A stretch of 64,000 nucleotides of DNA from an uncultured Actinomycetota bacterium (lineage in GTDB: Bacteria; Actinomycetota; Humimicrobiia; Humimicrobiales; Humimicrobiaceae). Location: positions 152,151 through 216,150 of the forward strand of contig CAZRVN010000001.1 in NCBI GenBank assembly GCA_964603595.1, in the 5' to 3' direction. The translations under genes and the position numbers were made by a program. Shown here piece by piece: positions 9,296-18,816 of this stretch. The stretch's first letter is position 1. Every line of letters starts with the position of its first letter. A model generated the notes under the pieces. That model was not told the origin of the DNA. It did no database searches and saw only the letters and a list, made by a program, of their open reading frames with translations.

Positions 9296-12109
9296 CTATT
9301 CTACTTCTATGGTAACAGTAGAACCAAAATCCAGATACTCGCCGCCTGATGGAATTTGATTTACAACATTTCCTTCATCTAATGAATCAGTGGATATTTC
9401 AACAACAAATCCCAATTCTTCAAGCTCTGTTATAGCATCTGATTTTTCCATATCTATAACATCGGGAACTTCTACGCCTAGGCTGACTTTAATTATTACT
9501 TCCAAAATTTTTTCGTAAGAAATCCCGCTAACCGGTGTATGGGAAAAGACTTTATCTATTTCTTCTTCGCTTTCCTCATATAATACATTAATATTTTCAA
9601 AACCGGCTTCATTTAATGCTGTAAGAGATTCTTCTTCAGTAAAACCTATTACATCTGGTATTTCTGCCTGAGGGTTTTCTCCTTTACTTACATATAAAGT
9701 AACTGCTGTTGATTTATAAACCATTGAATCAGGAACGGGATTCTGGCTGGTTACATTATCAATAGATTGAGTATCGCTATATTCATAAATAATTTTGCTT
9801 GCCACGAGCCCCATATTTTCAAGAAGCTCTGCTGCATCATCTACATTCATTCCTGTGAGGTCAGGCATATTAAAGGTTTTTTTACCTTTGCTTACATACA
9901 GGGTTATACTTAATTTTTCACCTTCAAGTGATTCCAGTATAGAGCCGGCTTCAGGATTTTGTTTAAAGATAATGCCATGATTATAAACATCATCAAAATC
10001 ATGAATTTCTTCAACAACAAAGTTTAAATCTTCAAATAAAGTCCTTGCTTCTTCACCAGACATTCCTACAACATCAGGAACTTCAACTTTGTTGTGTATA
10101 TCACAAATTTCTTTGGGCTGCTCACCCTCAACAAATATCTTCCATTTAATGATTTCTTCCGGACACCATAATGTGGGAAGGAGATTGGAATCAGTGCAAA
10201 TTTGAACATCAATAAGTTCTTTATCCGGTTTTTCAAAATCAGAAACAGGTAAATTCTCAAGAGCAGAGGACATAAATTCTCTCCATATATCTGCAGGAAA
10301 AGATCCACCGACGACAACTCTGCCATTTATAGGTTCCATGGGCTTGTTTGAATCAGAATAACCCATCCATACTACAGTAACCAGTTCAGGAGTATAACCG
10401 GCAAACCAGGCATCTTTTAAATCACTTGTTGTTCCTGTTTTACCTGCTGCAGGCCTTCCTATATCAGCACCTTTACCGGTTCCGCTTTTTATAACTTTTT
10501 CTAATATACTGGTAACGTAGTATGCTTCTTCATTCTCCAGGACTCTCTTATTTCCATCGTTTTTATCAGGGTCATATTCATACAGTACATTGCCCTGCGG
10601 GTCTTCTATTTTTAAAATACATGCTGGCTGTCGGTAAACACCATCTGAAGCAAGTGTTGAGAAGATTTTACTTACGTCAAGAGGGGTTATGCCGGTTTCA
10701 AGTCCGCCAAGGACAATTGCCGGATTACTTCCAATATCATATATTTCCATTTCGTTACATAAATTTTCTACATTTTCAGCTCCAACATCCATTACAAACT
10801 GGCTGTATACGACATTTACAGAGTGTATGGTTGCATCCTCTACTGACATTTCATCAACACCAAACTTCTGATTACCATAGTTATCAACTTCCCAGTCAGG
10901 ACCTTCTTCCATTTCTATAGTAATTGGTCCATTGGGGTTGTAAGTATTTTTTGACGATATACGCTGCCTTATTGATTCTATTAAAACAGGGACCTTAAAT
11001 ACGGAACCGGGAAGTCTTTTTCCCTGTATGGCTATATTAAATTTAGAGCTATTGTAATCTTTTCCTCCAATAAGGGCATAAATATATCCGTTATCAGGGT
11101 CAGTGCATATAAGAGAATAGGACGGCCCTATTTCTTCAGGAAAAACTTTCTTGATTGCTTTCTCTGCCTTTTCCTGCAGGTCAATGTCAAGGGTTGTATA
11201 TATACGCAGTCCTCCCTTAAAAACATCATAATCCGTGAATTTTTGTTCATATAAACTGCGCTTTACATAATCAATAAAATATGGAGCAATTCTTGAATCT
11301 GTTTGCGCCATTGTGGAATCAGAACTTTCATTTACTTCAACCGGCTCGGAAAGAGCATCAATATATTCATAAGAGTCAATTAGTTCCTGCTCATACATGA
11401 GCTGCAGTACCAGATTTCTTCTTGATTCTGCCTGTTCGATGTCGTTAAATGGTGAATATATTTCAGGTGCTCTTAAAAGACCTGCTAGTAATGCAGCCTG
11501 AGGCAGTGTTAAATCGCTGGCGTTTATACCAAAATAAATTTCAGATGCTTTTTCTATACCATATGCTCCCGAACCAAAGTTTACAGTATTAAGGTACATC
11601 TCAAGAATTTTATTCTTTGTATAATGTCTTTCTATCTGTATTGCAATTAATGCTTCATTTATTTTTCTACGGAAAGTCTTTTCAGGGGTAAAATATATAT
11701 TCTTAACATATTGCTGGGTTATGGTACTTGCTCCCTGCTCAAGCTCACCTGCTTTTACATCTGCTATGAAAGCTCCTATAATTCTTATATAATCCACTCC
11801 CTGGTGTTCAAAAAATCTCTTGTCTTCAATTGCTACAGTAGCATCTAATATGTATGGAGACATATTTTTAAAAGAAATAATTTCCCTGTTTTCTTCAGCA
11901 TGGAACTCTGTTAGAAGACTACCGTCAATAGCGTAAACTTTGGATGTCTGGGCAACCGGTGAGGGAGTTAGCTCTTCAAGGGTGGGTAGAGTATTAATAT
12001 AATAAAATGTTATAAAAATTCCGATTACTAAAATAAATGATATAAAAAATACTAGGGCTATTAAAAAAAATTTCAGGCAACCGCTTAATTTTTTACGCTT
12101 ATAATTCAT
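9296..12109 (-). CDS. Class A penicillin-binding protein (transglycosylase + transpeptidase) with four C-terminal PASTA domains
   Basis: N-terminal TM anchor. GT51 transglycosylase motifs (EDKRFFEHQGVD, RKI-E). Transpeptidase SxxK/KTG motifs (KTGTT). Four repeats of [VIM]PD[VL]xGM... of about 65 aa each at the C terminus. Confidence 0.85.
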   Translation of the reverse strand: MNYKRKKLSGCLKFFLIALVFFISFILVIGIFITFYYINTLPTLEELTPSPVAQTSKVYAIDGSLLTEFHAEENREIISFKNMSPYILDATVAIEDKRFFEHQGVDYIRIIGAFIADVKAGELEQGASTITQQYVKNIYFTPEKTFRRKINEALIAIQIERHYTKNKILEMYLNTVNFGSGAYGIEKASEIYFGINASDLTLPQAALLAGLLRAPEIYSPFNDIEQAESRRNLVLQLMYEQELIDSYEYIDALSEPVEVNESSDSTMAQTDSRIAPYFIDYVKRSLYEQKFTDYDVFKGGLRIYTTLDIDLQEKAEKAIKKVFPEEIGPSYSLICTDPDNGYIYALIGGKDYNSSKFNIAIQGKRLPGSVFKVPVLIESIRQRISSKNTYNPNGPITIEMEEGPDWEVDNYGNQKFGVDEMSVEDATIHSVNVVYSQFVMDVGAENVENLCNEMEIYDIGSNPAIVLGGLETGITPLDVSKIFSTLASDGVYRQPACILKIEDPQGNVLYEYDPDKNDGNKRVLENEEAYYVTSILEKVIKSGTGKGADIGRPAAGKTGTTSDLKDAWFAGYTPELVTVVWMGYSDSNKPMEPINGRVVVGGSFPADIWREFMSSALENLPVSDFEKPDKELIDVQICTDSNLLPTLWCPEEIIKWKIFVEGEQPKEICDIHNKVEVPDVVGMSGEEARTLFEDLNFVVEEIHDFDDVYNHGIIFKQNPEAGSILESLEGEKLSITLYVSKGKKTFNMPDLTGMNVDDAAELLENMGLVASKIIYEYSDTQSIDNVTSQNPVPDSMVYKSTAVTLYVSKGENPQAEIPDVIGFTEEESLTALNEAGFENINVLYEESEEEIDKVFSHTPVSGISYEKILEVIIKVSLGVEVPDVIDMEKSDAITELEELGFVVEISTDSLDEGNVVNQIPSGGEYLDFGSTVTIEVE

Positions 12110-12369
12110 AAAAAAGTTTCCTATTAATAAATAAAGTAAAATTCAAATTTCCAGATCTAAAATCTATAACATATTAGGAAATTCTATATAAAATTTTATC
12201 AAATAACAATATAACTTGTAACTATAAAATAATGAAAATACATTTATTTTATTTTTTTCTAATTAAGAATTTGGATGGTGTAGAGTTCCTTTAAATAGAC
12301 ATAAATACAAATATTATGTTAATATTTAATCTAATTTTTTAATTATAAATTTTCTCTGGAAAGAATAGT

Positions 12370-13605
12370 ATGGAAAAGGATCTAAAAAGGCAGCTTGATA
12401 TAATAACCTCGGGAACTGAAGACATTTTAGTAAAGGAAGAACTAAAACTGTTATTAGAGAAATCAATAGATGATAATAAGCCATTAAAAGTAAAACTGGG
12501 ACTGGACCCTACTGCCCCCGATATCCATCTTGGACATACTGTAGTTTTACATAAATTACGACAGTTTCAGGATATGGGACATAAAGCTATTCTGATTATA
12601 GGGGATTATACGGCAAGAATAGGGGACCCTTCAGGAAGGTCTGCATTAAGGCCCAGATTATCTGAATCCGAAATTGAAAAAAATGCAAAAACATATACAG
12701 AACAGGCCTTTAAAATCCTTATTCCGGAGAAAACAGAAATAGTTAAAAATTCTGAATGGCTTTCTAATTTACTTTTTGGTGATATATTAAATTTAACTTC
12801 AAGATTTACAGTTGCAAGAATGCTTGAAAGAGAAGATTTTAAGAAAAGATATAAAAATAATACACCTATAGCTATTATGGAATTTCTTTATCCAATAATG
12901 CAGGCATATGACTCTGTTTCTATTAAAGCTGATGTAGAACTGGGTGGAACCGACCAGAGATTTAATTTATTAATGGGGAGAGAACTGCAGAAAGAGTTAA
13001 ACCAGAAACCTCAGGTTGCAATTACCATGCCTATTCTAGTAGGAACCGACGGAATTGAAAAAATGAGTAAAAGTCTGGGTAATTATATTGGAATATATGA
13101 ACCGGCTAATGAGATTTTTGGAAAGATTATGTCAATACCTGATGATATAATGATTGACTACTTTAAGCTGCTAAGCGAGCTTGAACCTACTGAAATAAAA
13201 GAAATTGAAGATAATATAAAAAAAGATAGTTTAAACCCTTCACTGGCAAAGAGAAAACTTGCTAAAATAATAATAGGAAATTTATACTCTGAAAAAGAAG
13301 CTCTGAAATCTGAGGAAAATTTTGATTTGATTTTCAAGAAGAAGAAAATTCCTGAAAAAATTGAAAATTTTGTAATATACAAAAAAAATATAGAAGGCAG
13401 TAAAATAAGTATTGTAAAAATACTGAATGATTCCGGTCTTGCAGCTTCAAATAGCGATGCAAGGAGATTGATAGTACAAGGCGGTATAAAGATTAATAAA
13501 AAAATAATAAATGACCCGGGTGTTGATTTAGATTTAGATAACCTGGATAATAAGGTAATACAAAAGGGAAAAAGACATTTTAGAAAAATAGTGATAATAA
13601 AATAA
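12370..13605 (+). CDS. tyrS: Tyrosyl-tRNA synthetase
   Basis: HLGH and KMSKS class I motifs; C-terminal S4 domain. Confidence 0.92.
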   Translation: MEKDLKRQLDIITSGTEDILVKEELKLLLEKSIDDNKPLKVKLGLDPTAPDIHLGHTVVLHKLRQFQDMGHKAILIIGDYTARIGDPSGRSALRPRLSESEIEKNAKTYTEQAFKILIPEKTEIVKNSEWLSNLLFGDILNLTSRFTVARMLEREDFKKRYKNNTPIAIMEFLYPIMQAYDSVSIKADVELGGTDQRFNLLMGRELQKELNQKPQVAITMPILVGTDGIEKMSKSLGNYIGIYEPANEIFGKIMSIPDDIMIDYFKLLSELEPTEIKEIEDNIKKDSLNPSLAKRKLAKIIIGNLYSEKEALKSEENFDLIFKKKKIPEKIENFVIYKKNIEGSKISIVKILNDSGLAASNSDARRLIVQGGIKINKKIINDPGVDLDLDNLDNKVIQKGKRHFRKIVIIK

Positions 13606-13607
13606 TC

Positions 13608-13958
13608 ATGCATGAATACTCCATAACATGTTCTATTGTAGAGATTTTAAAAGACATAATAAAAGAACATGATATAAAAAAAGTAAAAAATATAAATTTT
13701 AAAGTAAGTCCTTTTGCTTATATAGAACCGCAATCAGTGGAATTTTATTATAGTTTCCTTACGAAAAATAATTATGCTTTAAAAAAGGCAAGTCTCAATT
13801 TTTCAAGAAATGATATAACCATGAAATGCATGTCCTGCGGGAAAGCATTCGAAACAAAAGATTTTAATTCAAGATGTATTTATTGTTCGAGTGATGATGC
13901 AAGGGTAATCAAAAATGATAATGAGGATGAAATAAAAATTGTTTCCATTGAAACTTGA
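13608..13958 (+). CDS. hypA: HypA-like hydrogenase/urease nickel incorporation metallochaperone
   Basis: MHEYSI N terminus typical of HypA. CxxC-x12-CxxC zinc site (CMSC...CIYC). Confidence 0.7.
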   Translation: MHEYSITCSIVEILKDIIKEHDIKKVKNINFKVSPFAYIEPQSVEFYYSFLTKNNYALKKASLNFSRNDITMKCMSCGKAFETKDFNSRCIYCSSDDARVIKNDNEDEIKIVSIET

Positions 13959-14048
13959 TTAGCTATATATGATAATTAATAATATTCATAACAAGCTTAT
14001 TCTTTATGCTTAATAAATATCCTTGTATTATTAATACTGGCTTAAGAT

Positions 14049-14570
14049 CTATTTTTTATTTTTTACTTCCTCGAATATTTCAACGGTCCATTTAGCTCCA
14101 TATCCGCATACTGATGTACATCCCCAATCATGTCCTCCTGCTTTTTCAAATTTTTCTAGTTCCTGCTGGTCTACTATATAAAAGGGCCTGCCATATATTT
14201 TTCTTTGTATCTGATGGCATATGATGCTTCCATATTTATCCATGAATCTTTTATGTAATTTTCTAATCAATGGATTCAATATCCTATTTTTTTTAGAACC
14301 CCTGGGATCATTGGGGTCTTTTCCTATATCACAAATATTTCTTCCGAGCTTGAGTCCAAGAAAAAATATTCCTGCGAGATAGGCCCCGCAAATACCGTCT
14401 CCTTCCATAGCTCCCCCTGCAGCAAAACCACTCAATCCTTTAAAGAAATCATTATTATTTATGTTGTAAACATCAAGTAGTGCCTTGATTGTACATTGAC
14501 CACAAACATGCAATTCGTTTTCATATTTATAAGCAAAATCATATGCTTTTTGCGCTTTAGTCTTTTTCAT
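14049..14570 (-). CDS. C_GCAxxG_C_C family putative redox-active protein
   Basis: The motif C-G-A-Y-L-A-G with flanking cysteines. Confidence 0.6.
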   Translation of the reverse strand: MKKTKAQKAYDFAYKYENELHVCGQCTIKALLDVYNINNNDFFKGLSGFAAGGAMEGDGICGAYLAGIFFLGLKLGRNICDIGKDPNDPRGSKKNRILNPLIRKLHKRFMDKYGSIICHQIQRKIYGRPFYIVDQQELEKFEKAGGHDWGCTSVCGYGAKWTVEIFEEVKNKK

Positions 14571-14583
14571 TGTAAGCCTCCTT

Positions 14584-15804
14584 CTATTGTTTTTTTTTAA
14601 TATTGCTTTTATTATTACTTTTTTTTCTTATATATTTATACTTATGAAAATATTCAATTATTTTTTGTCCAATCTCGGTAGATGGATTAATACCTGAAAT
14701 TTTATGTATAGCTTTTTCTATTCCTTCCTTGTCAATTAATTGCTTGAGTTTAACTGCACTAGTATCCCCGGAATAATCAAAATTATAAGCAGAGGCACAG
14801 ATTTTAATAATATTTTCAGGAAATACCCCATTATCTAAACAGAGATTTAAACTGCCTATTATTCTATCAAACTTGCTGAGCTTTCTAATCGGATCGCGAC
14901 CAATTCTAAATACGGTATCTTTCAACATGGGATTTCCAAAACGGGTCAGTACGTCTATTCTTATTTTTTTTTGCTGTTCCAGATTGATATCACCCGGATA
15001 TTTTTTTGATAGAGCTAAGCTCGTCTCATCAAGAGCTCCATTAAATATCTTTATAATAAAATTATCTTTAAAAGAATCATGAACGTATTTATATTCTTTT
15101 ATATATCCCAAATAACCGAGTGCTGCATGTCCAAGATTATATGTAAAAAATTTTCTGTCAAACTCAGCTAAATAATTATATACAGGATACATGCCCTCGA
15201 TAGGTAATTGATTATTTCTTACTGCTTTACCATCATATATCAATTTATGATATGCATCAGCAACAACGAAGAGGGGATCTACCTCTTTGAGACTTTTAAA
15301 TGATTGTGGAACCATTCTTGCTACTATCATTCCTACAAACCCCACATTTTTATCAGTCCATTTTTTAAGACCCGGACTTAAATTTTTATAAACAAAGTTT
15401 TTTAGCTTCCTCGGAGCATCAAAATTATTTTCGCAGAGGTATATATCTATTGGATAATGATGTGAAGCTTTCCTTTTAGCTATGCCATTGGAGATAACAG
15501 AGGATATCTCCTCCAGGTGAGTTACACCAACTGCTGTACTTATAACATCAGCATTTTCTATAGATGAAGAAACACTTTTATTATCATCTATTAATATACT
15601 CTCAATATTATCAATAATTAAGTCTGATTTATTTTTCTTATAAGCATCAAGTAATTTAAGTGGATATTGCTTTTCTTTATTAATTAAATCAACAAAATTT
15701 TTATTTGATTCTATAAAAATAATGTGATAGTTAATTTCCCAAAAAAGCTGACCCATAAAACCTCTGCCTATGTTTCCTGCACCAAATTGTATAGCATTTT
15801 TCAA
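14584..15804 (-). CDS. mtlD: Mannitol-1-phosphate 5-dehydrogenase family polyol-phosphate dehydrogenase
   Basis: N terminus IQFGAGNIGRGF typical of MtlD-family Rossmann dehydrogenases. Confidence 0.7.
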   Translation of the reverse strand: MKNAIQFGAGNIGRGFMGQLFWEINYHIIFIESNKNFVDLINKEKQYPLKLLDAYKKNKSDLIIDNIESILIDDNKSVSSSIENADVISTAVGVTHLEEISSVISNGIAKRKASHHYPIDIYLCENNFDAPRKLKNFVYKNLSPGLKKWTDKNVGFVGMIVARMVPQSFKSLKEVDPLFVVADAYHKLIYDGKAVRNNQLPIEGMYPVYNYLAEFDRKFFTYNLGHAALGYLGYIKEYKYVHDSFKDNFIIKIFNGALDETSLALSKKYPGDINLEQQKKIRIDVLTRFGNPMLKDTVFRIGRDPIRKLSKFDRIIGSLNLCLDNGVFPENIIKICASAYNFDYSGDTSAVKLKQLIDKEGIEKAIHKISGINPSTEIGQKIIEYFHKYKYIRKKSNNKSNIKKKQ

Positions 15805-15963
15805 GGTAACATCATCTCTCTTTTAAAATTTTTATTTTTTGAATGAAATAAAATTTTTTATATATTCATATATAATAATTAGAGATTAAATTTCTAATAA
15901 AAATAATTAAAACTAAAAAATTTTTCCTATTAAGAACTTTAAAAATCCAACCAGTGATTAACT

Positions 15964-16923
15964 TTAACGGTTCAGAGACCTTTGGATTGAGTTAATAGTC
16001 ATGGAATCAGTAATTAAAACATCAACCATGTTTGCTCTAATAGCAGAGATTATGGCTTTATGCTTATATTTACCGTTACAAATAAGCACTTTAGTTTTTA
16101 TTTTTTTAAGCTGATTATGACTTATAGCAATTTTGTTTTTTTCTAAGATTGGTATATATTTACCGTTTTCATCAAAAAAATTTATCGTTAGTTCACAGCA
16201 TGCACCGCTTTTAGTTATAGTATCCATCATATTCTGGTTTAAAAGATTGAATAATTTTGACTTTGAATTAGCTACTCCTATTCCCATTATAGCGAGGTCT
16301 ATATTATCCCAGTGTTTTATAATATTATTTATACTGTTCTCTTTCAGCAATGAACTTCTTAATTTTGGCTGTTCTACAATAGCAGGACAATTTAAAAAAT
16401 AGCATTCTCCGTTAAGTAGAGAACCTAATTTGCTGACTATTTTATTTGGATGAGAACCTCCGACAAGGAAAGTATTACTGAAACCTCCCATAATCTGGAT
16501 AATCTTTTTTTTAGGGTTTATTAATAAATTGGATATGCCGAGGTTATTTACAGTTTTTTCAATTGATGCACCGAGGTTTATGCCTATAATTTTTGCCTCA
16601 TTTATCATTTCAGAAACGTAAGGTGCAGCAAATTTTCCAATATTATTCTCTGTAAAAATTTCTGATTTTGAGGACATAATTAGAACTTTCTTAAGACTTG
16701 GAAATAGCGATTTAAATTCTAATTCTTTTCTTAGTAACCTTAGTTCGTATTCGTTATAATAAATTGAGATTTTAACAATACCTTTTTTTCTTGCGTAAGA
16801 AATGAGCTGGGATACATATGACCTAGAGATACCCATTTTTAAAGCTATTTTATTCTGGCTTATATTCTTTTCATAATAAAGTATGCTTATTCTTACTGCT
16901 AATTCATTTTTATCAAGCTTCAT
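15964..16923 (-). CDS. SorC/DeoR-family sugar-binding transcriptional regulator
   Basis: N-terminal HTH (ISQNKIALKMGISRSYVSQLI) and a C-terminal sugar-phosphate-binding domain typical of SorC-family regulators. Confidence 0.75.
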   Translation of the reverse strand: MKLDKNELAVRISILYYEKNISQNKIALKMGISRSYVSQLISYARKKGIVKISIYYNEYELRLLRKELEFKSLFPSLKKVLIMSSKSEIFTENNIGKFAAPYVSEMINEAKIIGINLGASIEKTVNNLGISNLLINPKKKIIQIMGGFSNTFLVGGSHPNKIVSKLGSLLNGECYFLNCPAIVEQPKLRSSLLKENSINNIIKHWDNIDLAIMGIGVANSKSKLFNLLNQNMMDTITKSGACCELTINFFDENGKYIPILEKNKIAISHNQLKKIKTKVLICNGKYKHKAIISAIRANMVDVLITDSMTINSIQRSLNR

Positions 16924-17598
16924 TTTAGAATCTCTTATTATATTTACTTGTATTATAGATTTTTTTCAATTTATATTAGCATTAGATATATAAAGTGTCA
17001 ATATTCACTTCTAGTAACAAAATTAATAAATATAATTAAAAAAGAAAAAAGTGATCAATATAATGAAAGATATAAAAAATTATAGCTATATTATTTTTGG
17101 TAATTCTAATGGAATAAAGTTTATATATAATTTTAATACTGAAGATTAATCTAATTATAGTCACAAAATAAAGATATTAGCTTTTTTATTAACGTATATT
17201 AAATAGAAAAGTGAAAAATATTATATGTGTCCTCTTTCTTGAAAATGAAAAATTAACAGAAGTAATTACCTCAATAAATTCAATAATTTTATTTATGATA
17301 CGAATTAAGATCGGTTTTGTAGAAAAAGATATAATTGATATAAATGGCAAATATCCTTCAGCTTATGTGTCCTATTTATATTACTGGTATAAAATATTAA
17401 TTGAATATGATAAAGGAGGTTGTAAATATTAAAGAAAAAAGAGATTTGCCTTTGAACTATAATATAAATCCTAAATTATAGTTACAGCACAGACAAATCT
17501 CAAAAAAAATCTATCAGAGCTAATTAAAAATGTAAAGAGGGAGGTGATTTAAAATATAAATAAAATATGATGAAGTTTTTATTATTTGCTGTTTTTAA

Positions 17599-18646
17599 TT
17601 GAAAGGATCTATAGTCTTTGTGATCTCTGTTTCAGTTATTATATCTTTTTCGCTGGCTGGATGTGGTGTTAAAACTACAGAGGAGGCTGGAACGGAAGCA
17701 CAGGAAGAACAGGTTTTTCTCGGATTGGCTGTACATGCAGTCCGTAACAGCTGGGAAGACCTTTACGTAAAGGCTTTTAAATGATACTGCCAGGAAAAAA
17801 GGGATAAAATAAACTTGGAAAGAAGAAGGTTATGAAGCCGCAATCCAGATAACCCAGGCAAAAAGATTGATCGATATGGGTATTAACGGCCTGGTTATCT
17901 CACCCTGGAACGTTGAAGCACTAACCTCGGTTATGTATTATGCAGAAGAAAAGGGTGTCCCGGTTGTCTGCACCAATACTACAGTCAACAGCAGTTATCA
18001 CTTAATGTTCGTAGGATATAGTGCCAAAAGAGGCGGAACACAACTGGGTGAAAAGATCGTTGAGTACCTGGAAGATAAGTACGGGGAAGCAAAGGGAACT
18101 GTTCTTGAATTATCTTCAGGGCTTGGTACCTCTGAAGATGTTATAAGAGGCGAAGGTTTTCATGAGGTTGTTGACCAGTATGATGGCAATAAGGTAATTA
18201 CCAAAATTGGTAAATCTGACCAGGAGGAGACCATTGTTCCGGCATTAAGTGTAACCAAAAACATATTTCTGGGTAGAGTCCTTATAAAAGATAAGATCCT
18301 AAAAGTCCTTGATACAAAAAAAATGCAGGAAAAGTCAAAAGAAGTACTTAAAGAACTCGGACTCCGGGTGTCTGCCGAGCAGGAAGTTAGATTCTGTTCC
18401 GGAGGAGAAAGGCAGGGTGTAGCAGTAGCACGTGCTCTGCTGTTTAAAGCAAAACTGGTTATTTTAGATGAACCAACCCGTGCTATCTCACCAACAGGGG
18501 TTAAGAAGGTAATGGACTTTATCAAGGGAATGAAAGACGAAGGTATCGCCGTTATTTTAATTTCCTATGTATTTCCAATAACTGACCGTTTTGTTATTCT
18601 TTCAAGAGGTGAGAAGATACTTGAGAAAAAACAGAAAGATACCTAG
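17599..18646 (+). pseudogene. Decayed sugar ABC transporter remnant: frameshifted lipoprotein-type periplasmic sugar-binding protein fused in-frame to an ABC ATPase C-terminal fragment
   Basis: Two ORFs of 61 aa and 259 aa. The first carries a lipobox (SLAGCG) and a PBP type I start. The second begins mid-domain with SBP sequence and ends with an ABC signature-like LSGGERQ plus Walker B ILDEPT. There is a frameshifted MKFLLFAVFN start just upstream. GC is visibly higher than in flanking DNA. Confidence 0.55.
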
Positions 18647-18816
18647 GTTGATGAATTAACAGACACTTTGCTGGACATACGTTAGATGTAGTGGCTTGTA
18701 ATCTCCTTGATATTAAATTATAGTCATTTTAGGTTGTGTTTAATGGTCAGATGTTAATGGTTATAAGTAAAATTTTATTATTAAATTAAAAATATAATTA
18801 CCAATAGGAGAAAAAA

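Noticed and set aside
12110-12369. T-box leader upstream of tyrS
   Set aside because: The 260-bp region lacks the conserved T-box sequence (AATTAGGGTGGNACCGCG-like) and a specifier/antiterminator arrangement. It is most likely just divergent promoters.
13608-13958. Hydrogenase maturation locus
   Set aside because: Only hypA is present; there are no hydrogenase or other hyp genes in the window. I kept it as a single-gene call.
17211-17432. 73-aa ORF in the AT-rich spacer, with the direct repeat TATGTGTCCT at about 17225 and 17365
   Set aside because: There is no RBS and the sequence is low-complexity. The 10-bp repeat in a ~29% GC spacer is weak evidence, so I did not call a gene or element.
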